Assembly (NCBI GenBank): GCA_965205485.1
Contig: OZ242180.1
Location: 4,928,001-4,992,000 of the forward strand
Length of the DNA stretch: 64,000 nucleotides
Source: Candidatus Latescibacterota bacterium
GTDB taxonomy: Bacteria > Latescibacterota > UBA2968 > GCA-2709665
Reading direction: 5' to 3'
The notes beneath the pieces are model-generated. The model ran no database searches, was not told the DNA's origin, and saw only the letters and a program-made list of their open reading frames with translations. Shown piece by piece: positions 10,011 through 18,776 of this stretch; within the stretch, counting starts at the first letter, position 1, and each line of letters starts with the position of its first letter. Position numbers and translations under genes: made by a program.

Positions 10011-11597
10011 TTACCCCGCCGCCCGCATGTTCTCTCGCTCGTTCCGGATCAGATCCAGGTCGGTGCTGAAAAGGTCGCGGATGTCGTCGATCCCCAATGC
10101 CACCATCGCCATGCGGTCGATGCCCAGTCCCCACGCGATGACGGGAACGTCGACGCCCAGGGGGCGCGTGAGCTCGGGCCGGAAGAGGCCGGCGCCGCCG
10201 AATTCGATCCAGCCCAGCGAGGGGTGCCTCGCCTGTAGTTCGACCGACGGCTCCGTGAACGGGAAATAGTCCGGAACAAAGCGGCACTCCTCCGATTGCG
10301 CGATTTCCAGGGCGAAGAGCTTGAGCAGGCCGAGCAGACTCCGGAAGTTGATGCGCTCGCCCAGAACGATGCCCTCCACCTGGATGAAGTCGGCGGCGTG
10401 GGTCGCGTCGACGTCGTCGTACCGGAAACAGCGCGCAACGGCGAAGTACTTCCCCGGGATGTCCGGCCCCGAAGCAAGCGTGCGTGCCGACAGGGCGGTT
10501 CCCTGGCTGCGCAGGATGAGACGTCGCGCGCGCGCGGGGCTGAATTCGTACCGCCAGCCGCGGGAGCCCGTGTCGCCGCCGTTGGCGTGGGCTTCGGCCA
10601 CTTTCGAGAAGTAGGGTTCTTCGGCCGCTTTCGAACGAACGGGATCTTTTACGTAGTAGGCGTCATGGATATTGCGCGCCGCGTGGAACTGCGGCATGAA
10701 CAGGGCATCCATATTCCAGAATTCGGTTTCCACCAGCGGCCCCTTCATTTCTTCGAATCCCAGCGAGAGCAGCTTGCGCCTCACGCCGTCAAGGTAGGCG
10801 CGGTAGGGGTGAAGACGGCCGATGACGATACGCGGGGGCTTGATGCTGATGTCGTAACGGCGGAACGATACATTCTTCCAGGCCCCGGACCGGATCACTC
10901 CCGGTGTCAGGCGCGAGACCTCTTCGCCGGTCAGATTGTTCTCCAGAATGCTCGCCAACGTCCGGACGCCCGGCGACGTGAGTCTGTACGTGCGCTCCAG
11001 GCGTTCGTCCATGCGGACGGCCGACCTTCCCTTACCGCGCTTGCTGGTTCGCGCCCGGATATATGACTGGATCTCTTCCGTGAAGTCGCCGAGATTCAAC
11101 CCGGCTCCGTCGCCGGCCCGTTGAAGCCGCCCGAAGAGCCCGGGTATCAGCCTCTCCACGTAGAACGCGGCCCTTTCGGGATTGGCGATGCGGATCGTCG
11201 CGCCCTCCTGACGGATCGTACCCTCCGCCTTCAGCCCGCCGAACGCGCTTCCCCACTCGCCCCTGTCAAAGCGGGTGTCTTCCTGCAGTTCCCTGAGCGT
11301 TGGCGCGGGCGCTTCCCCGGCCCGGACCAGCAGCGCGGTTTCGGGCGTCGCGCCGGCGCGGGCGTGTTCGACGCCCGATCCGGTCAGGCTGACGGTGGAG
11401 ACCGTGGCTTCCGAGACGATTTCGATGAGTCCCTTGGAACGCAGCCATTCCAGCGCGCGCCGGCTCTGGCCGGGACCGATGCCCGCGGCTTCCGGCAGTG
11501 CGGCGTCGGTGATTTCGTGGTCCTCACGCGGCTCGAAGGCGCGCAGCGTCCTGATTTCGAGCGCGTGAAGGGACGAAAGGTCGATCGGCTGATTCAC
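10011..11597 (-). CDS. pheS: Phenylalanine--tRNA ligase alpha subunit, long archaeal/eukaryote type
   Basis: FWNMDALFMPQFHAAR, CFRYDDVDATH, YFPFTEPS and GLGIDR motifs; GTG start at 11597 with AGGGAG RBS. Confidence 0.93.
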   Translation of the reverse strand: MNQPIDLSSLHALEIRTLRAFEPREDHEITDAALPEAAGIGPGQSRRALEWLRSKGLIEIVSEATVSTVSLTGSGVEHARAGATPETALLVRAGEAPAPTLRELQEDTRFDRGEWGSAFGGLKAEGTIRQEGATIRIANPERAAFYVERLIPGLFGRLQRAGDGAGLNLGDFTEEIQSYIRARTSKRGKGRSAVRMDERLERTYRLTSPGVRTLASILENNLTGEEVSRLTPGVIRSGAWKNVSFRRYDISIKPPRIVIGRLHPYRAYLDGVRRKLLSLGFEEMKGPLVETEFWNMDALFMPQFHAARNIHDAYYVKDPVRSKAAEEPYFSKVAEAHANGGDTGSRGWRYEFSPARARRLILRSQGTALSARTLASGPDIPGKYFAVARCFRYDDVDATHAADFIQVEGIVLGERINFRSLLGLLKLFALEIAQSEECRFVPDYFPFTEPSVELQARHPSLGWIEFGGAGLFRPELTRPLGVDVPVIAWGLGIDRMAMVALGIDDIRDLFSTDLDLIRNERENMRAAG

Positions 11598-11673
11598 GAG
11601 TTTGCTCCCTGGAATCAAGGCTTGAAATTGCCGAGACATCCGGCGGCAATGCGTTCGGACCGCAAATGATACG

Positions 11674-11984
11674 AAAAAATCCTTTCATCCCCATAGGGAC
11701 GAAAGGACGTGACGTCTTCCGCGGTACCACCCTATTTGCGCCTTGCAGGCGCCGCTCTTCAGGCGGCCACAACCGCCCCTCTCCATTGTCGGCGGGAGTC
11801 ACCGGCTTCGCCTAGTAACGATTGCCGCGAACGTCTTTCAGGCCAGGGGCCGAATCCGGCAATCGCATTCAGCGTTGCAGCTCGAGAGGGAACTTCGGCC
11901 GTTCATGCCGCGAGGGCGCTTTCAGTCCGGGGCGCCCCCTCCCTTTCCGGTTGGAGACGGCCTACTTTCCTCCGTCATCGCTTT
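11674..11984 (-). ncRNA. T-box riboswitch, Phe specifier (UUC), with intrinsic terminator
   Basis: Minus strand: GCGATGACGGAGGAAAGTAG, AGGGAG...CTGAAA, GAAG-TTC-C specifier (11892-11890), T-box AGGGTGGTACCGCGG (11733-11719), terminator TCCTTTCGTCCC...GGGATGAAAGGA-TTTTTT. Confidence 0.93.
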
Positions 11985-11991
11985 GGGTGAG

Positions 11992-12020
11992 AAAATAGGA
12001 TGTTGTACGATTTAAGTCAA
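11992..12020 (-). promoter_or_regulatory. Putative promoter of the T-box-pheST transcript
   Basis: TTGACT (12020-12015), 17 nt spacer, TATTTT (11997-11992), just upstream of T-box stem I. Confidence 0.55.
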
Positions 12021-12083
12021 GGAGAAAGAGGGAATTCGGCGTTCATCGTCCATCCGATTTAAGTCAAGGCAGAAAGGAAGCGT

Positions 12084-12780
12084 GGGTAGACGTAGAGGGA
12101 AGAGATCGCCTGCTGTGTGAGGTTTCATCTCATGCCGGAGGCAAACAGGAGGAACTTATCGGGCAAGGACGTCATCTCCCGGCTCCCGGCTTCCGTCTCC
12201 CCGGTTTTACGGAACGCGCCGTAGGCATGATTTCGTATAGACAGTAGACAGGCAAACTACAGGTATGGCATTTGCATACTGGAATTTTCTCATAAATCCT
12301 TTGTTTTCTTTCTTTTACGTCCTTTTTCCACTCACGCGATTCGGCAGGGGGCCGGTTTTTCCGTGAATCACTCCGGAGGCGCCAATAGCAATAGGGCGGC
12401 CTGCTAACCCTTCAGTTGCGCCCGTGCGAATGCGATGGACGGATCCACACGGAGAACCTGCCTCCGCCCGCGAAGCGGGTGACCTGTTGTTCCAATGATT
12501 TATCGGAACAACAGGGGACGCGTGGTTCTCGCGTCCGAGGCTGCTGGTGAGCGGCGGCCCTTTGCCGCGAACAAACCCCCCGTACCCCCGGTTGCCAGTT
12601 GTGAAATACATTGACAGAGCGAAAACCGCCTTTTCTCCCTCTCTCCTGGTAGGAGAGAGGGTCGGGGAGAGAGGTCTGCGGGGATGGATGGAGGGGGTTC
12701 TCTTGATCTTGCCTTTGGTTTTCGCACTTTGCTTCTCGTTCTTTGCTGACACCTTACGGCTGGTCGCTGATAGCTCCGTC
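12084..12780 (+). repeat. Mosaic intergenic repeat element, copy 1 (module A, GGAACGCGCCGTAGGCA, module B, CTCCCTCT/GAGAGGG hairpin, GCTGA heptamers)
   Basis: Collinear similarity to 16034-16665 and 34020-34820. Confidence 0.8.
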
Positions 12781-12886
12781 GGAGTGGTCCCCACCCGATT
12801 TGAATTGAATATTTGCTTTCCGATACGCCGGATGTGTATCTTTTACCAGTACCGCTTCTGATGAACCTGTTTTTCTATTCTGACTC

Positions 12887-15800
12887 ATGCAGGAGCTTCA
12901 CGTGAAGGATCGACAAGCGCTTCTCCCACGGTTTTCAATAACCAGGCCGGTGACGGTGGCCATGTGCCTGGTGGCGCTGCTGGTCATCGGTTGCGTATCC
13001 TACTCGAAGATACGCCTGCAGGCCTTTCCTTCAGGGTGGGAGTGGAAGCGGCTGTGGGTGTGGGTGGACAGCCGGGACACGTCGCCCAAGGAGAACGACC
13101 AGGAAATCTGCCGGCTGTTCGAGTCGTATCTGGGCACGGTGAAAAACCTCCGCGAAATGCGCACCTGGGCCGGTAAGGACTGGGCGAACGCCAGTCTGAG
13201 GTTTCGCCCGGAGACGGACATGTCTCTGGCCTACAACCAGGTCATGGACCGGCTGGACCGGCTGAAACTGGAACTGCCCCCGGAGAAGCGCGAGAGGACG
13301 GGCGTCTGGAAGTATAACGAGGAGACCGACCAGGAGATTATATGGATGGGGGTGGCCCCGCCCGAGGGGCTGGACGATATCCAGTCGTTCATTGAAGACA
13401 GGGTTCAGCGGCGTCTGGAGCGAATCGACGGGGTGGCGAAAATCTCTTTCTGGGGGAGATTCAGGAAAGAGATCACGGTCGTCGTGCTGCAGGAGCGCAT
13501 GCGTTCGCTTGGCGTCCGGCCCGCCGACGTGGTGCAGGCGCTGCAGGGAGAGAACTTCGCGCTGGCCGGCGGTCACGTACACGAGGGCGGCAAGAAGTAC
13601 TTCATCCGCTCCCTGGCGCGGTATCGGGACATGGACGAGATCCGCCGGATTCCTATCCAGCGGTCGAACGGGGTGGGACCCGTCAGTGTGTCCGACGTCG
13701 GAGGCGTACTGTTCGGAATGCCGCCGCGCCTGGGGTCCTGGCGAATCAACGGCAAGGAAGCGGTGGGGCTGGACGTGTACAAGGAGTCGAGCGCCAACGT
13801 CGTGGACGTATCGGTCCGGGTGAAGGAGGAACTGAAACGGATCGCCGAGGAAACCGGTGCACAGTTCAACGTCATGTGGGACCAGGGCAGGGCGGTGCGC
13901 GATTCGATAGACAATATTCGAACGACCGCGATCTGGGGCGCCCTGTTCGCCTCCCTGATCCTGCTTTATTTCCTCCGCGCGGTCCGGATGACGGCCCTCA
14001 TCACCCTGTCGATACCACTGTGTATCATGATGACGATTTCCGTGCTCTATTTTCTGGACTGGTCGCTGAATCTGCTGACCATGATGGGCCTGATGGTGGG
14101 GATGGGCATGGTGGTGGACAATGCAATCGTGATCGTGGAGAACATCTATCGAATGCGCGCAAAGGGATTGAATGCGCACGAGGCGTCCGTTACCGGGGCC
14201 AGCGAGGTGGGCATGGCCATCTCCATGGCCACGCTGACCACGGTGGTGGTCTTCATGCCGTTGATGTTTATGACGGGCGACATCGGACTGACCTTTGAAC
14301 TCACCAGGGTCGGCATTCCGGTGGTCGTGTCGCTGCTGGGCTCTTTGTTCGTGGCGCTGATCTTCATCCCCCTTGCGGCGAAGGTACTCGGCAGGCACGC
14401 GACAAGGAAGGACCCGGGGTCGGTCCGGTGGATGCGGCGCAGATACCAGGGCGGCCTGCGGTGGATTCTGACGCACCGGAGGGACGCTTCGCTGATCATC
14501 ATCATCCTGTTTGTTTCCGTTTTCTATCCCGCGTCGAACGTCAAGAAAACCACCGGGCGCGCACGGGTGAACAACGAATTTTTCATTCGATTCAATGCCC
14601 CGCCCTTTTTCAAGCGTGCGGAGATGGAACGCATCGCGACCCAGATCGAGGAATTCCTGGACAGCAAACGGGAAACCTACCGGATTGAAACGGTGCGGCT
14701 GGGTTACTGGCGACAAAGCAGCGTTATCCGGGGTTTTATCCGGGTGTATCTGAAAGAAGAGCCGAACCGGAACTGGTGGTACCAGTTCTACAAGAGTGTC
14801 AGAAAGAAGGCCGGTTTTCCCGTCAAGGGATGGATGACGCGAGCCGAGGTGATCGAGGACGTCAAGAAACACATTCCGCAATTCGTCGGCGTGCGGGTAA
14901 TGGTCCAGACGCGGTGGCGCAGCGAACCGGGGGTCTCGGTCTATCTCTACGGAGAGGACATCGATCTGCTGGGGCGGCTGTCGGAGGCCGTACGGCAACG
15001 AATGGAGGCGATTCCGGACGTCGTCAGCGTGGACAGCGACCTGGAGTTTGCCGACAAAGAGGTGCAGGTGCTCATCAACAAGGAACAGGCTCATTCGTAT
15101 GGGATTTCCGCCCGGGCCGTCGGGCGCAGCATCTCCTATCAGCTTCGCGGCGTCAACCTGGCGCCGTACCACAGTGAAGACCGGATGATTTCGGTCCGGC
15201 TCTTCATGGACGAAGACGACCGCCAGACGCTGGCCCAACTCAAGAGTTTTCCGTTTCACTCGAATACCGGCGCCCAGATTCCCCTCTCGGCATTCGCGAC
15301 CTTCAATATAACGGAAGGCAGCGGCAACATCAGACGCGAGGACGGAAAAATGCGGATGCGCGTGCGGGCGTACACAACCCAGGAGGACCTGAAGGGGTTG
15401 TGGGAACAAATCGACCGCGCGATGGAAGGCTTCGCCATGCCTCGCGGATACTCCTGGAACAAGGGAGAGACCTATTCCAGGTTCCAGGAGACCGACGACA
15501 CGATGTCGTTTGCGATCGCGATGGCGATCACCTGCGTATTCCTGTTGATGGGCGTGCTGTTCGAGTCGTTCGTTCTGCCGTTTGCGGTACTGTTGTCAAT
15601 CCCCTTCGCGTTTCTGGGCGTGTACTGGGGCCTCTTCCTCACGAATACCGTAATGGGTAAAATGGCCCAAATGGGCATCATCCTGCTGATCGGCGTGGTG
15701 GTGAACAATGCAATCGTACTGGTGGACATGATCAATCGGCTGAGGGTGGGCGGCATGAGCCGAACGGAGGCGATCGAGGAGGCCGGATTCAACCGGTTCC

Positions 15801-16039
15801 GGCCCATCCTGATGACCACGTTCACCACCATCTTCGGCTTGTTCCCGATGGCCGCGGGCTCGGCGACGATGCTCGGAACGCCCTATGCCCCGCTCGGCAT
15901 CACAATGATCGGCGGCCTGTTATCGTCAACGATATTGACGCTCTTCGTCGTGCCGCTGTTCTATACGTATCTGGACGACTTGAGGGTCTTCCTGAGGGGC
16001 TTTTCGCGTAAAATCCTACAGCCGCTGAAAACCGGGTAG
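12887..16039 (+). CDS. RND efflux transporter permease (AcrB/AcrD/AcrF family)
   Basis: 1050 aa; GMVVDNAIVIVENI, GVVVNNAIVLVD and RFRPILMTT motifs. Confidence 0.93.
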   Translation: MQELHVKDRQALLPRFSITRPVTVAMCLVALLVIGCVSYSKIRLQAFPSGWEWKRLWVWVDSRDTSPKENDQEICRLFESYLGTVKNLREMRTWAGKDWANASLRFRPETDMSLAYNQVMDRLDRLKLELPPEKRERTGVWKYNEETDQEIIWMGVAPPEGLDDIQSFIEDRVQRRLERIDGVAKISFWGRFRKEITVVVLQERMRSLGVRPADVVQALQGENFALAGGHVHEGGKKYFIRSLARYRDMDEIRRIPIQRSNGVGPVSVSDVGGVLFGMPPRLGSWRINGKEAVGLDVYKESSANVVDVSVRVKEELKRIAEETGAQFNVMWDQGRAVRDSIDNIRTTAIWGALFASLILLYFLRAVRMTALITLSIPLCIMMTISVLYFLDWSLNLLTMMGLMVGMGMVVDNAIVIVENIYRMRAKGLNAHEASVTGASEVGMAISMATLTTVVVFMPLMFMTGDIGLTFELTRVGIPVVVSLLGSLFVALIFIPLAAKVLGRHATRKDPGSVRWMRRRYQGGLRWILTHRRDASLIIIILFVSVFYPASNVKKTTGRARVNNEFFIRFNAPPFFKRAEMERIATQIEEFLDSKRETYRIETVRLGYWRQSSVIRGFIRVYLKEEPNRNWWYQFYKSVRKKAGFPVKGWMTRAEVIEDVKKHIPQFVGVRVMVQTRWRSEPGVSVYLYGEDIDLLGRLSEAVRQRMEAIPDVVSVDSDLEFADKEVQVLINKEQAHSYGISARAVGRSISYQLRGVNLAPYHSEDRMISVRLFMDEDDRQTLAQLKSFPFHSNTGAQIPLSAFATFNITEGSGNIRREDGKMRMRVRAYTTQEDLKGLWEQIDRAMEGFAMPRGYSWNKGETYSRFQETDDTMSFAIAMAITCVFLLMGVLFESFVLPFAVLLSIPFAFLGVYWGLFLTNTVMGKMAQMGIILLIGVVVNNAIVLVDMINRLRVGGMSRTEAIEEAGFNRFRPILMTTFTTIFGLFPMAAGSATMLGTPYAPLGITMIGGLLSSTILTLFVVPLFYTYLDDLRVFLRGFSRKILQPLKTG

Positions 16040-16665
16040 AAGGTAGAGGGACGCCGTAGCCAGTGGAGAAGAAATCCTTGCCCGGCATTTTAACCCTCTT
16101 TGCCTCCGGCACGAAAAGAAACCTCACAAGGCAGGCAATCTCTCCCCTCTCCCGGTTTTTCAAGGAACACGCCGTAGGCATGATTTTTAAGAGAAAGACG
16201 AAAGATGGATTTGCTTAATACATGTCGCTATTCTTGGAATCAAATCATTAATTTTCTTTTATTTACGTCCTTTTTCTTATGCGCGGAAGAAAAAGGACCA
16301 AAAAGAAGCGCGCCCTTCGGCAGGGGGCCGGTTTTTCCGTGAATCTCCTCAGTGGTGAAATTGGGATTCGGGTGGCCTTCACGTCCCTCTGCTGTACCAA
16401 AGCTCCGGTGTTGTACGGATTAACACGGAAAAACCCCCCATACCCCCGGTCGCCGGATGTGAAATGCATGGATTGGGCGAGACCTGCCTTTCTCCCTCTT
16501 TCCTTTAGGAGAGAGGGCCGGGGAGAGAGGTCTGCGCCATGCGTGGTGTTCAGCATGATAACGCAGACGTCACCTGATTCGGTTTCCGCTCATTGCTGAC
16601 GGCTGAATGCTGATCGCTGACAGCTGATTTCGCCGTAGGCAGGGAATTTGGGGAGATTTGGATTT
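16034..16665 (+). repeat. Mosaic intergenic repeat element, copy 2 (module A inverted)
   Basis: Shares TTCGGCAGGGGGCCGGTTTTTCCGTGAATC and TACCCCCGGT.GCC...TGTGAAAT...TAGGAGAGAGGG.CGGGGAGAGAGGTCTGCG with copy 1. Confidence 0.8.
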
Positions 16666-16694
16666 GGTTTTTATAATGTCTATACAATTGCATG

Positions 16695-16736
16695 AAAAAG
16701 CGGGTCGGGATTGAATCCCGACCCGCTGTTGTTTTT
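16695..16736. terminator. Bidirectional intrinsic terminator downstream of the cupin gene
   Basis: AAAAAGCGGGTCGGGATT-G-AATCCCGACCCGCT-GTTGTTTTT. Confidence 0.75.
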
Positions 16737-16770
16737 CTATTAGATCTCATCGACCCAGTGACGTGCGTCT

Positions 16771-17136
16771 CTATCCCGTTCGGTCTTCGGGCGGGATGTA
16801 GCGGTTGCCCAGTTCCACGTAGTCCTCCCTGACAGGGCTGAAGATGTCCAGCACGACGGCGGGGCCGTCCACGGCGACCGCGCGATGCGGCACGTTGGGC
16901 GGGATGAGGTAGGCGGCGTCCTTCTCAACCGTCCGGGTGACGTCGCCGATGGTCAGTTCGACCCGTCCCTCCAGCATGATCCCGCCCTGCTCGTGCGGAT
17001 GATGGTGCAGCGGCACGACCGCGCCCTCATCCATTTCCAGCAGGGAGATCATGAGATTCTCGCCGTAGGGCGCGCGGATGCGCACGCCTGGCGCGAGTTC
17101 GTTGACGGGGACGTCGTTCCAGTCGATATGGGGCAT
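16771..17136 (-). CDS. Cupin domain protein
   Basis: PLHHHPHEQ and IPPNVPH motifs, DIFSPVREDY. Confidence 0.9.
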   Translation of the reverse strand: MPHIDWNDVPVNELAPGVRIRAPYGENLMISLLEMDEGAVVPLHHHPHEQGGIMLEGRVELTIGDVTRTVEKDAAYLIPPNVPHRAVAVDGPAVVLDIFSPVREDYVELGNRYIPPEDRTG

Positions 17137-17206
17137 ACGTGGATCCGGTTCGGGTCGCGGAATTCGGATGTGTACGGATCGTCCCAGCCGTGCCTGACAG
17201 GGATCG

Positions 17207-17716
17207 CTACTGCCCGGCCCCCGGCTTCTTGCCGCGGAGATAGTCCCTCAGGACGCCGTGCTTTACGGTTTCGCCCGGAGCGGCTCTGGCCTCGGCCTCG
17301 ATGGCACCGAAGAGCTGACGCGTCATCATCTTCGAGACGCTCAGGTGCAGCCGCTGGCCCACCGCTGCAACCGGCCCGCCCAGCCGCACGTCGCCGCTGT
17401 AGGTGACCTGAGTACCGTCTCCCTCGGCGGCGAGGTCGATCCTCCCCTCTCCCCTGACGAATCCGGTCTTGCCCTTCGCGTCGACGATCATCCGATAGCA
17501 TTCGGGCGGGTTCAGGTCTTCCAAGCGGACGGTGCCGCTGTAACTGCCTCTGATGGGCCCCACCCCGGCGTTTATATCCAGTTCGTACGTGTTCTCGCCC
17601 ACAAGCGCCAGCTTCCGGGCGCCGGGTATGCACCTGGCGAGGGCCTCGGGGTCGGTGAGCATTTCATAGACGCGTTGTCGCGGCGCGTTGATGGTGTGCG
17701 TACCCTTGATCTTCAA
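17207..17716 (-). CDS. coxG: CoxG-like SRPBCC protein
   Basis: LTDPEALARCIPGA motif; lies directly downstream of coxM. Confidence 0.85.
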   Translation of the reverse strand: MKIKGTHTINAPRQRVYEMLTDPEALARCIPGARKLALVGENTYELDINAGVGPIRGSYSGTVRLEDLNPPECYRMIVDAKGKTGFVRGEGRIDLAAEGDGTQVTYSGDVRLGGPVAAVGQRLHLSVSKMMTRQLFGAIEAEARAAPGETVKHGVLRDYLRGKKPGAGQ

Positions 17717-17813
17717 GAACGCCTCCTAACCGGGGGTTGGTACGCGAGTACGTGCGCCCGGCGGCATCAACCGGGCGCACGCGTTTAGCGTTCGAATCGA
17801 TTTGAGGCGGCGG

Positions 17814-18686
17814 TCAGGCCGCGCGCTCGGCAGCCCTCGCAAGCGCCTGCCGCGTGAAGACCCCGGCCAGATGGGCGCGGTAGTCGCCGGAGGCGTGGTG
17901 GTCTTCCTGAAAGTCGTCGACGCCGTCAGCCGCCTTCCCGGCTGCCGCGGCAATCGTATCGTCGTTCAGCGGGCCTCCCTGCAGCGCGGCTTCAGCGGCC
18001 GAGGCCCTGTAGGCCACCGGCGATACGCCGGTGACGCCGATGCCGACCGACGCGCAGTTGCCGTTGTCCAGCGTGACCTGCGCCGCAACGCCGCAGATGG
18101 CGAATCCCGAGGCGGACTGGTGCATCTTGACGTACGCGCCGCCCGAGTTGTCCGGCGGTGTGGCGATCCGAATCTGTGTGAGGATTTCGTCTTCGCCGAT
18201 GGCGACGGTGAGCAGGTCTTCGAAGAAATCGCCGACGGCAACGCTCCGCTCGCCCCCGGGGCCGGAGATATCCAGCTGGGCGTTGAGCGCCAGCATGGTC
18301 GCCGGCCAGTCCGCAGCCGGGTCCGCGTGGACCAGGCTCCCGCCGACCGTGCCCCGATTGCGCACCTGGGCGTCTCCGATGGCCGATGCCGTTTCCGGAA
18401 GCAGGCCGCACCTGGACTTCAGAAGCCGGTGGCTCTCCACCGCGTAGTGCGTCGCCAGGGCGCCGATCGAGATGGTTTCGTTTCCGGCGACGACCTTCCG
18501 CAGACCCGTGATGCCCCCCAGGTCGATGAGGGTTGCCGGCGAGGCGAACCGCAGTTTCATCAGCGGGATGAGGCTGTGGCCGCCTGCCAGGATCTTTGCG
18601 TCGCCGCCGTGTTCCTGAAGCAGGCTGAGCGCCTTTCTCAGGGTCTTCGGCGCATGATAGTCGAATGGGCTGGGAATCATTGTCAT
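17814..18686 (-). CDS. coxM: Xanthine dehydrogenase family FAD subunit (CoxM-like)
   Basis: AKILAGGHSLIPLMKLR and QVRNRGTVGGSLVHADPAAD motifs. Confidence 0.9.
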   Translation of the reverse strand: MTMIPSPFDYHAPKTLRKALSLLQEHGGDAKILAGGHSLIPLMKLRFASPATLIDLGGITGLRKVVAGNETISIGALATHYAVESHRLLKSRCGLLPETASAIGDAQVRNRGTVGGSLVHADPAADWPATMLALNAQLDISGPGGERSVAVGDFFEDLLTVAIGEDEILTQIRIATPPDNSGGAYVKMHQSASGFAICGVAAQVTLDNGNCASVGIGVTGVSPVAYRASAAEAALQGGPLNDDTIAAAAGKAADGVDDFQEDHHASGDYRAHLAGVFTRQALARAAERAA

Positions 18687-18776
18687 CTCTCCACGTATCG
18701 AATATTGGACTTCCGCGCGAGCGCGCTCACCCGTTCATCATCCGGTTGCCGCGCCCCTGACGGTCCGGGCAGGCTG

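Noticed and set aside
12315..12861. ORFs within the mosaic repeats (also 16263-16599 and 33997-34801)
   Set aside because: They are translations of repeat DNA and their frames are not conserved between copies
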